Origin: Candidatus Iainarchaeum sp.
GTDB taxonomy: Archaea; Iainarchaeota; Iainarchaeia; Iainarchaeales; DTGL01
Direction: 5' to 3'
DNA: 32,000 nt
NCBI GenBank assembly: GCA_038736825.1
Contig: JAVYME010000007.1
Location: 1 to 32,000 of the forward strand
Under the pieces are notes generated by a model. That model saw nothing but the letters and a program-made list of their open reading frames with translations, ran no database searches and was not told the origin of the DNA. Position numbers and translations under genes: made by a program. Of the stretch, positions 15,571 to 23,201 are shown in pieces (position 1 is the first letter of the stretch; each line of letters opens with the position of its first letter).

Positions 15571-17913
15571 TTATTTTTTCTTTTTCTTTTCAACCAAAAA
15601 CAAAACCATTGCCAAAACAATTAATGCCGAAAAAGGCATTGCATCCGGAATCTTTAATTCGGGTGGTTGCGGCACAGCCCTAAAATAAATTGTTTTGGGA
15701 CAGTTAGCGCAATTGCCGTCCTTTATTGTGGCCCTTGCCTCGTAAATCCCGCTTTTCTCGAAAACAAGGTCTGGTTCAATCCAGGCGCCATTGCAGGGGG
15801 TTTCCTGTTGCTTTAAAAGCTCTCCGTTTTTGTTTCTTATCTCTATTATTGCTGTGAGTGAAGCGCTGGTGCAGGAAACCATTGCCTTTGTTTTTTGTCC
15901 TTCGTTTGTGTCGTTCACTCTAAATGCGGAAATAGAGTTTTGAATTGCAGTGATTCCTGTAATGGGGTCACTCCATTCAGACCATAACGGCTTTGTGGGG
16001 TCGTTGTCTTGGGCTTTGGCTCGCGCGTTGAAAGTGCCAGCAACCGTGTAGGTTTTGGTTGTTGAAGGGCAATTGCATGGCGATGGAGCGTCTGCTATTC
16101 CGTCACCGTCAAAATCCCAAATCCATCCAACAATTTGGTCTCCGTCTGGGTCAACTGCTGTGCCAGTGAATTGCACTATTAGTGGAACAAACCCGCTTGT
16201 GGGAATTGCAGTAATCACTGGCTTGTTTGGCTTTCTGTTTTCAACAATCACTTGAAGGATTGCGCTTGTCGAGGTTGCTCCATCGTTGTCTGTTACGGTT
16301 ACTGTTGCAAAAAAAGTGCCTTTTGCAGTGTATTTGTGGACAACAGTGTTGGTTGTTGTTTCAGTTGTGGTTCCGTCCCCGAAAACCCAAGTGTATTTCA
16401 CTATGGTGCCGTCCGGGTCTGGTGGTTTTGTTGGGTCAGCTGGAAGCGCAGTAAAGGTTGTGTCTTCTTGTGGATGCGTTGTTTGTGGCGAATAGGAGAG
16501 CGTGTGGATTTGCGGTGGAACATTTGGTAAGGTTACAATTGAAAGAGAGTCAGTGCTTTTTGCTCCAAAAGTGTCTGTTACTGTGAGTTTGGCTGAATAA
16601 GTGGTGTTTTTTGCCGAATAAACACAAGAAACAATCGCGGTTTTTGTTGTTGTAGTGAAATCTTTTGTTCCGTCACTAGTGCAATCCCATTCAAAGGATT
16701 TCATGTCTGCATCGCCTTGCGGGTCTGTTGAAAGGGAAGCGTCCATTTGCACTGTCAGTGGAGCAATGCCATTAGTGGCAGTCAAAGCCTTTATTTTTGC
16801 TTTTGGGGGCTGGTTTAAAACTATTTTAACCCATGCATCGTCATAAATTGCAGGGTCATCCTTGAGGGATAACCTGAACTGGAATTTTGCTTCCGGCTGG
16901 GAATAAGTGAGTGGAGGGCAAATTTTCATTAAAAAGGTTGCAGTCTTTCCATCCCTTGGCACGTCCTTTATTTCAGTGCTTTGAACTATTGAAGTGCCCT
17001 GCAATATTCCGCCCCAGTTTTCTCCTGAAACCCTTTCCACTTTGAAAGTGTCAGAGCCAATGATTGAATAGATTGCTTTGAGAATCAAGTCTGGAATCTG
17101 GCTTGAATTCGTGCCATACTTGAAGCGGTTTCCCTTTTTTGCAATGCCAAGTATTGTATCCATGTCATTTATTACGGTTTGCTCATAGCTTCCAGAGCCA
17201 ATTATTCCAAAAAAGTAAGCGTTCTTGTTCAAGAGCGCTTGTCCTGCCTCAGTGCACCTGTAACCAGTGGCTTCACCAGTGCAAGAATCAGCTGGCTCGT
17301 CGGTTATGACAAGGATTGCAGGCACAACATCAGGGCTGTTTCTCCATCCAAAGCTTGAATCATTTATCACGTCTTTGGTAAGCGCGCACCATGGTTCAAG
17401 CCAACCACTGCCGCCGGCTTTAACTTGCCCTAACAGGTTTTTAATCAAGAGACTATTATCACCCAAATGAATTGCTCCAACATCATCAACTGCCCCAGCA
17501 GAATAGCCACAATAAGCTGGTTTTGGTGTAAAACCAGTTCTATTGCTGCCAACTCCTTCAAAAACGTATATTCCAACGCGCATGCATCCAGGACAGTCAC
17601 TATTTATTTTTGCCATTATATCCACAATGCTGTTTTTCACTGCATCAATTTCATCCTGCATGCTTCCGCTTGCATCCAAAATGAAAACCAAGTCTAAGTC
17701 TTTTGTCATTTTTGTGCTTGAAATATTGTTTTGGATTTCGCCTTTCAAGTCATAGCACAACCCTGGAACCCCTTGGAGCACCAATGCTTCCGGTTCAGTG
17801 TCGGCTTCAGAATAGGGTGGAGCTGTTCCAGCTTTCAAGGAAACCTGTTTTGCTGCAATTGTTGTGCTTAAGGCAATGAAAAAGAAAAATGCAACCAATA
17901 AGGTTTTTTTCAT
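15571..17913 (-). CDS. Secreted vWA-domain protein with three PKD repeats and a C-terminal membrane anchor
   Basis: A signal peptide is followed by the MIDAS motif in DLVFILDASGSMQDEID. There are three PKD-like repeats (..MDASLSTDPQGD..FEWDC..., ..YTWVFGDGTT..VTVTDNDGAT.., ..WIWDFDGDGIAD..). The C-terminal TM helix ALIVLAMVLFLV is followed by KKKKK. Its start forms an ATGA overlap with the upstream gene. Confidence 0.85.
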   Translation of the reverse strand: MKKTLLVAFFFFIALSTTIAAKQVSLKAGTAPPYSEADTEPEALVLQGVPGLCYDLKGEIQNNISSTKMTKDLDLVFILDASGSMQDEIDAVKNSIVDIMAKINSDCPGCMRVGIYVFEGVGSNRTGFTPKPAYCGYSAGAVDDVGAIHLGDNSLLIKNLLGQVKAGGSGWLEPWCALTKDVINDSSFGWRNSPDVVPAILVITDEPADSCTGEATGYRCTEAGQALLNKNAYFFGIIGSGSYEQTVINDMDTILGIAKKGNRFKYGTNSSQIPDLILKAIYSIIGSDTFKVERVSGENWGGILQGTSIVQSTEIKDVPRDGKTATFLMKICPPLTYSQPEAKFQFRLSLKDDPAIYDDAWVKIVLNQPPKAKIKALTATNGIAPLTVQMDASLSTDPQGDADMKSFEWDCTSDGTKDFTTTTKTAIVSCVYSAKNTTYSAKLTVTDTFGAKSTDSLSIVTLPNVPPQIHTLSYSPQTTHPQEDTTFTALPADPTKPPDPDGTIVKYTWVFGDGTTTETTTNTVVHKYTAKGTFFATVTVTDNDGATSTSAILQVIVENRKPNKPVITAIPTSGFVPLIVQFTGTAVDPDGDQIVGWIWDFDGDGIADAPSPCNCPSTTKTYTVAGTFNARAKAQDNDPTKPLWSEWSDPITGITAIQNSISAFRVNDTNEGQKTKAMVSCTSASLTAIIEIRNKNGELLKQQETPCNGAWIEPDLVFEKSGIYEARATIKDGNCANCPKTIYFRAVPQPPELKIPDAMPFSALIVLAMVLFLVEKKKKK

Positions 17914-19283
17914 CCAAACTGCCTCCTTTTCCTTACAACGCGCACCACTCCAAGTATTAGTACAAGCAATCCAAGCAACAAGATTAAGACTGCAAGAATG
18001 CCAAAGGTGTTTTCAGGCAATACTGGAATTGGAGCGGTTACCTCTATTGTTTGGGATGCACTGTTAAAACCGTCCTTTACAGCAATTATTTCAATGTTTC
18101 CAGGGCTAAGGCCTTCAAACATTGCAATGCCGTTTGAATTTGTTGTTTTTTCAATTCCGCTCACTGAAATTTTTGCGGCTTCCACTGGCCGGCCTTCGCT
18201 TTTCACTTGCACTTCCAGGGGTTGCCCTGCAACAATTTTTTCAGGTGCAAAGATTTCAAGGTTTTTTGGTTTTATTGCTTCTTTTTTTATTTCAATCAGG
18301 GAGGAAAATGCTTGAAAGTTTGGGGCTGAAACTTTTAGTTCAGCGCTGCCTTCGGCTGGGATTGCAAAAAAGGCTGTTCCGTCTTTTCCGGTTGTTTTAA
18401 TGGTTTCGCCTAATTCTATTCTTGCGTTCTCTATTGGATTGCCTTTTGATGAAACCAGCACTTTAATTATTTCGCCGGGTTTTGCTGTTTTTGGGAATTC
18501 AACTGAAAGCTTTTCCGGTTCTGCCAAAACAATTATTTTTTTCACTGCTTTTTCCAATCCTTCTTTTTCTGCAATTATTTCAAATTCTCCTGCTTGTTTT
18601 GCAAAAAAAACCGTGTCTCCAGCCAAACCAGTGGTTTTTTGTTCGCCCATGAATGAAATTTTTGCGTTTTCTGCTGGCTGGAAATTGTCAAGGGCTTTCA
18701 CTATAAAGCCTTCGCCTGCGTTTACTGTTTCCGGTGCTTCAATTGAAAGGATTTTTCCTGCAATTGCTTTAAAGGTTTTTCCGCTTTCAGTTGTTGCTTT
18801 GACTTCAAAAGAGCGCGAAATTGAAGTGTAGGTTGTGCAATTGCTTTTTTCCAGTGGAAGGATTTTTGTAATGTTGTTGTCGATTATTTCAATTTGCCCT
18901 ATTGGTTTGTCAACGCAGATTGTGAAAGTGTCGCCTGTTCTGAGCATTGAGATTTTTATGGGTGTTTCAAATGAAATTTTTGTTTCACCGCCTCCTTCGC
19001 CTGAAAGAGTGAAAAAGAATGTGCCTTCTTCGGATGGCTGTATTGAGATTTCGCCGTTGGCGCCAGTTCTTGCTTCAATTGTTTTTCCAGAAGGGTAAAC
19101 TATTGTGGCTGTTTTGTCCGCTAGTGCCATTCCATTGCAGGAAACAAGCACTACAATTTTTGCGTTTTCCCCTTCAATGACAATGCTTTTATGAAATTCT
19201 ATTGAATTGCATTCTGTTGAAATTGCGAATTGCAGAATTAGGAGAAAAGCCAAAGCTATTGTTGTTTTCTTTCCAAATTGCAT
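17910..19283 (-). CDS. Secreted protein with ~4 tandem Ig-like/beta-sandwich repeats and a C-terminal membrane anchor
   Basis: The start is placed at Met20 (MQFGKKTTIALAFLLILQFAIS, a signal peptide). There are about four ~78-aa repeats of the pattern A.I...G..KTTG.DG.A.F....G..E, and a C-terminal TM helix with a RKRRQ tail. Confidence 0.75.
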   Translation of the reverse strand: MQFGKKTTIALAFLLILQFAISTECNSIEFHKSIVIEGENAKIVVLVSCNGMALADKTATIVYPSGKTIEARTGANGEISIQPSEEGTFFFTLSGEGGGETKISFETPIKISMLRTGDTFTICVDKPIGQIEIIDNNITKILPLEKSNCTTYTSISRSFEVKATTESGKTFKAIAGKILSIEAPETVNAGEGFIVKALDNFQPAENAKISFMGEQKTTGLAGDTVFFAKQAGEFEIIAEKEGLEKAVKKIIVLAEPEKLSVEFPKTAKPGEIIKVLVSSKGNPIENARIELGETIKTTGKDGTAFFAIPAEGSAELKVSAPNFQAFSSLIEIKKEAIKPKNLEIFAPEKIVAGQPLEVQVKSEGRPVEAAKISVSGIEKTTNSNGIAMFEGLSPGNIEIIAVKDGFNSASQTIEVTAPIPVLPENTFGILAVLILLLGLLVLILGVVRVVRKRRQFG

Positions 19284-19303
19284 GCAATAATAACTCTTCC
19301 CCC

Positions 19304-19316
19304 GTATAAATATTTT
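19304..19316 (-). promoter_or_regulatory. Candidate TATA box for the Ig-repeat/vWA operon
   Basis: The - strand reads AAAATATTTATAC, centred ~27 nt upstream of the ATG at 19283. Confidence 0.35.
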
Positions 19317-19375
19317 TTGTTCTTGAAAAAACCCACCCAAAAGATTTATTAACCTTTTTCCGTTAAATGATTATT

Positions 19376-19441
19376 GCGGGGTTTCAACTGGTTCTTGAGC
19401 CATTCCCAATGGCACCAGCCAAGTTTCCCGGTTAACCCCGC
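19376..19441. other. 66-nt nested-stem element between argH and the Ig-repeat gene (terminator or small structured RNA)
   Basis: There is a perfect 8-bp closing stem GCGGGGTT (19376-19383) / AACCCCGC (19434-19441). Inside it are an inner stem CTGGT (19388-19392) / ACCAG (19414-19418) and a hairpin GCCATT-CCC-AATGGC (19399-19413). Confidence 0.3.
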
Positions 19442-19466
19442 AACCTTTTCTTTTAATGAAGTGCCT

Positions 19467-20645
19467 TCACGCTTTTTGCATTTTGTATGCTTCCCTGAAT
19501 GGCACGCCCTTTTTTGCCATTTCAATTGCCTTTTCAGCTGAAAGCATTTCACCTGTTATGGCGCTTTCGCATTTTTCCGCGTTCACTTTTATTTTCGGGA
19601 GTGCGCGCAAGGCAATTTCAACGCAATCCATTGCGGTTTCAAAGCCTTCCATTAATGGCTTTTTGCCGAGCTGCGCATCGCGGTTGTATCCCGATGGAAG
19701 CGAGTTCTGGTTTGCAAGCGAATGGAAAAGAAAGGATTGCATTTCCGCATTCTTTGCGCGCAACAATTCGAACACGTCCGGATTCTTTTTTTGCGGCATT
19801 ATAGAGGAACCAGTGCAAATTTCTTCAGGCAGTTCAAGGAAACCGTAATGCTCTCCTGAAAACAGCACAATGTCTGTTGCAAGCTTGTTCAAGGAAAGCA
19901 TTAATTCGCAGAGCGCGAAAAGCACTGCACTCTCATACTTGCCGCGGGAATTTATTGCATAAAGAGGGTTTTTTTGTGCTTTTGCAAAACCCAAATCCTT
20001 TGCAATTGCCTCTTTGTCCAATGCAAGGCTTGAACCATAGCCTGCTGCTGCGCCCATTGGGCTTTTGCTTATAAAGTGCTTCACTGATTCCATTAATTCA
20101 ATGTCATCCTTTAAGGATTCTGCAAAGCTTTCCATCCAGAGCCCCACTGTGGAAGGCATTGCCTTTCGCGAGTGAGTGTAGCCAGGCATTTTAATGCTTT
20201 TGTTTTTTTCCGCAAGTTTTTCCAGTTCTTCCTTTAACGCTTTGGTTTTCTCCAGCAATCCTGAAAGTTTTTTTTTCGAATACAATAAAATGTCCGCTGC
20301 AATCTGGTCGTTTCTGGATTTTCCCGCATGGATTTTTTTTCCTGTTGCCCCCAGTTTTTCAGTCAAAAAGTTTTCCACTGCAGTGTGCACGTCCTCTTGC
20401 CCTGAAAGGATTTTGAATTCCCCCTTGGATGCTTTCACTTTGAGCTCTGCAAGCGCTTTCTTTATTTCCCCGAATTCATGCCATGAAATGGTTTTTGCCT
20501 TTGCAAGGGCTTTTGCGTGCGCTTCGTTCACTGCACAATCCTCTTCAACCAATTCCATGTCCAAAAGGAAATCCTTTCCCACTGTAAAGGCTTCAATTTT
20601 TGCATCAAGCGCTTTTCCCGTTTTTTCCCACAATTTTTCCATCAT
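19467..20645 (-). CDS. argH: Argininosuccinate lyase (short, lacking the usual C-terminal ~50-60 aa)
   Basis: It has the fumarate-lyase signature GSSIMPQKKNPD plus HAGKSRNDQ and GYTHSRKAMP. Start is preferred at MMEKLW (ATG 20645/20642), which touches the argG stop (TGATG). The ORF-track start is 20690. Confidence 0.85.
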   Translation of the reverse strand: MMEKLWEKTGKALDAKIEAFTVGKDFLLDMELVEEDCAVNEAHAKALAKAKTISWHEFGEIKKALAELKVKASKGEFKILSGQEDVHTAVENFLTEKLGATGKKIHAGKSRNDQIAADILLYSKKKLSGLLEKTKALKEELEKLAEKNKSIKMPGYTHSRKAMPSTVGLWMESFAESLKDDIELMESVKHFISKSPMGAAAGYGSSLALDKEAIAKDLGFAKAQKNPLYAINSRGKYESAVLFALCELMLSLNKLATDIVLFSGEHYGFLELPEEICTGSSIMPQKKNPDVFELLRAKNAEMQSFLFHSLANQNSLPSGYNRDAQLGKKPLMEGFETAMDCVEIALRALPKIKVNAEKCESAITGEMLSAEKAIEMAKKGVPFREAYKMQKA

Positions 20646-21889
20646 TCCACCTTTTTCAATTGCATTGCTGTTTTGGATTGCAGGCTCCACAATTCAATAA
20701 AGCCTGGCGCCGCACTTTGATTGAACTGCCCTGCATTGTAAGCGGCAAGGCTTTCACTGTAAAGAGAGAAAGGCGATTTCCTTCCCACAACAGCCGCGTG
20801 CCCCTTGAAAAGTTTCACTTTCACTTTTCCGCAAACCCTTTTGTTCTGCATTTCAATGAATGCATTCAATGAATCCATTAACGGCTCAAACCACAAGCCT
20901 TGATAGGCAAGATAAGCCCATTTTTGGTCCACTAATTCCTTGAACTGGTTTTCGTGCACAGTGCTCACCATTTTCTCCAAATCCTTGTGTGCTTCAATGA
21001 TGACTGTTGCTGCAGGGCATTCATATACTTCCCTGCTCTTCAAGCCCACAACCCTGTCCTCAATGTGGTCAATAATGCCAATGCCGTGCTTTCCGGCAAT
21101 ACAATTCAATTCCATTACGAGTTCATGCAAGGGCATTTCCTTTCCGTCAAGCGAAACCGGAATTCCTTCAAAAAAACCCAGTTCTATGGTTTCAGCCTTG
21201 CCTGGAGCCTTTTCCGGCAAACAACAAAAACCAAAAACGTTTTCCGGTGGTTCCGCAAAAGCATCCTCTAAAACGCCGCACTCGCTGCTCTTGCCCCACA
21301 AGTTTTCATCAGTGGAATACGGTTTCTCCACGGTTTCACTCACAGGAATCCCCTTGGCTTTTGCATACTCAATCTCTTTCTCTCTATCCATGCCAAAATC
21401 CCTCACTGGAGCAAGAATTTTCATTCCAGGATTCAATGAAACAATGCCGGCTTCAATCCGCACTTGATCGTTTCCCTTGCCAGTGCAACCATGTGCAATA
21501 GCATCAATGCCCTCTTTTTTTGCAATTTCCACTGCAATTTTTGCAATCAAGGGCCTTCCAATTGCAGTGCTCAAAGGGTATTTGCCCTGGTATAATGCAT
21601 TGGCTTTTATTGCTCTCGCAACAAATTTTTCCGCAAACTCTTTTTTTGCGTCAACCACAAACGCTTTTTTTGCTCCGAGCGCCAAAGCCTTTTTTTTTGC
21701 CTTTTGCAGGCTGGTTTTTTGCCCCAAGTCCACGGTCAAAGTGTACAGTTGTGCCTTGAATTCTTCTTGAATGAATTTAAGCAAGATTGAAGTGTCAAGG
21801 CCTCCAGAGTACAACAGCAAAACCTTTTCCGGGTTTTCCGCTTCATGGGAAGCGCTGTTTTCCTTTTTCTTTTTTTCAAACCAGTGCAT
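20642..21889 (-). CDS. argG: Argininosuccinate synthase
   Basis: Motifs present are LLYSGGLDTS (the ATP-binding motif), AHGCTGKGNDQVR and STDENLWG. Confidence 0.9.
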   Translation of the reverse strand: MHWFEKKKKENSASHEAENPEKVLLLYSGGLDTSILLKFIQEEFKAQLYTLTVDLGQKTSLQKAKKKALALGAKKAFVVDAKKEFAEKFVARAIKANALYQGKYPLSTAIGRPLIAKIAVEIAKKEGIDAIAHGCTGKGNDQVRIEAGIVSLNPGMKILAPVRDFGMDREKEIEYAKAKGIPVSETVEKPYSTDENLWGKSSECGVLEDAFAEPPENVFGFCCLPEKAPGKAETIELGFFEGIPVSLDGKEMPLHELVMELNCIAGKHGIGIIDHIEDRVVGLKSREVYECPAATVIIEAHKDLEKMVSTVHENQFKELVDQKWAYLAYQGLWFEPLMDSLNAFIEMQNKRVCGKVKVKLFKGHAAVVGRKSPFSLYSESLAAYNAGQFNQSAAPGFIELWSLQSKTAMQLKKVE

Positions 21890-22019
21890 TCAAACACCAC
21901 GCTCTTTTTCCAACAACCTGCTCTGCCGGAATATAAAAGCCTTTCGCCCGAAAAAAGACAAATTGAACAAAAGATGTCCAAAATAAAACATTTAATCCTT
22001 TCCATTCATTTTTTTTTGC

Positions 22020-22643
22020 ATGAACGCTTCAAAGGAAGTCCAAAAATTTGTGGAGGAAAGGCCTTTCATAAAGCAGGCTTTGAAGAAGGGGATTGTGAAT
22101 TTTTCCGCTCTGGCGCGCTTGGTGAAAGCTGAATCCGGAAGCAAATCCAGCGAGGAAGCCCTTGTTGTGGCAGCAAGGCGTTATGTGGAAAAAACAAGGT
22201 TTTCCGGTGCAGAGAAAGGGGAAATAATTGCATTGCTCAAAAAAAGCCGTGTTGAGGTGAAGAGCAAGGTGAATGCAGCGGTTTTTTCCCAGCTAGTGCC
22301 ATTGAAAGCGCTCTTGGAGGCACAAAAAGAGGCACAGGATTCAGGAGAGCCCTTCCACTTAATCAAGGGCACTTCAACCTTTACAGTAATCACTTCTGAA
22401 GAATTCTTTTCAGGACTATCCCACTTGAAACCCTTCATTTTGAAAAACCAAAAGGGATTGGTTGAAATAACCCTGAAAAGCCCGAAAGAAATTGAAAGCA
22501 TTCCAGGGGTTGTAGCGTTTCTTTACTCTTTGTTTGCAGAGCGCGGCATCAACATAGTTGAAACCACTTCGTGCTGGACTGACACTCTCTTTGTAATAAG
22601 CTGCAAAGACCTTTCCATGGCGCTAAAAATCCTTTCCTTTTAG
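22020..22643 (+). CDS. ACT-domain protein, putative amino-acid-responsive regulator (COG2150-like)
   Basis: The C-terminal ACT-like segment is IPGVVAFLYSLFAERGINIVETTSCWTDTLFVIS, and the N-terminal part is helical and basic. The gene is divergent from argG-argH. Confidence 0.5.
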   Translation: MNASKEVQKFVEERPFIKQALKKGIVNFSALARLVKAESGSKSSEEALVVAARRYVEKTRFSGAEKGEIIALLKKSRVEVKSKVNAAVFSQLVPLKALLEAQKEAQDSGEPFHLIKGTSTFTVITSEEFFSGLSHLKPFILKNQKGLVEITLKSPKEIESIPGVVAFLYSLFAERGINIVETTSCWTDTLFVISCKDLSMALKILSF

Positions 22644-22696
22644 CCCAAACCCTTTAAAAAATTCTCCCTTTCTATTCTATACGGAAAGCGTTGAAA

Positions 22697-22916
22697 GCCG
22701 AGATGGCGGAGTGGCCCAACGCGCCAGCTTGGAGCCTGCCCTTTCTTTTCTTTTAACAAAAGAAAAGAAAGTGTAAGTTGCCCAAAGAAAAGAAAAACGG
22801 TTTTGGGTTGCGGAAAAGAAAGAAAACTTTTGGTTTCCAAACAAAGCCAGGTGTTTTTGCAGCCAATTAGCTGGTATGCCTTACGGCATGCGGGGGTTCG
22901 AATCCCTCTCTCGGCG
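22697..22916 (+). tRNA. tRNA-Ser(GGA), class II, with 134-nt intron at 37/38 (intron 22735-22868)
   Basis: Exons are identical to the Ser(UGA) gene apart from 2 loop bases and 2 variable-loop bases. The anticodon GGA is at 22731-22733. The BHB is canonical: helix CTGC/GCAG, bulge AGC, helix TTGG/CCAA, bulge TTA, helix CCAGC/GCTGG. Confidence 0.85.
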
Positions 22917-22920
22917 CTGT

Positions 22921-23142
22921 TCATTTTTCTTGGATTAACTGCCCTGCTTTTTCCGTGTCAGCGTAAAACTCCAAATAACCGCAGTCAAGGCACAAGTGGG
23001 CGGTCACCATTGGCAGGTTTAACGCAAACACCGGAGTCTTTTTTTTTGAAGAAAAATATTTTGGCGGCATTACAGTCGGGCTCACATAACCAGAATCAAT
23101 CCTTGTTGAACCGCACTTAGGGCATTTCACCATGGCCATCAA
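22921..23142 (-). CDS. Small zinc-ribbon protein
   Basis: The two Cys pairs are CPKCGS and CLDCGY, about 50 aa apart, in a 73-aa protein. Confidence 0.55.
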   Translation of the reverse strand: MMAMVKCPKCGSTRIDSGYVSPTVMPPKYFSSKKKTPVFALNLPMVTAHLCLDCGYLEFYADTEKAGQLIQEK

Positions 23143-23201
23143 ACCACTTCCTTTTTTTCAAATTTAAAAAAAACTTTGTCCAACATTTTGTGTTTTTTTT
23201 T

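Noticed and set aside
19376-19441. Possible tRNA (7-8-bp acceptor-like stem; a TTGGGAA loop could read as anticodon GGG on the - strand)
   Set aside because: Only 16 nt remain between the putative anticodon arm and the 3' acceptor strand, so no T arm or variable region fits. The central hairpin has a 3-nt loop in its best pairing. It is kept only as an unclassified structured element.
20194-20700. 168-aa + strand ORF
   Set aside because: It runs antisense to argH, which carries the fumarate-lyase signature.
22640-23120. ORFs 22640-22924 (-) and 22803-23120 (+)
   Set aside because: They overlap the tRNA-Ser(GGA) gene and its intron, or run antisense to the zinc-ribbon gene. No motifs are present.
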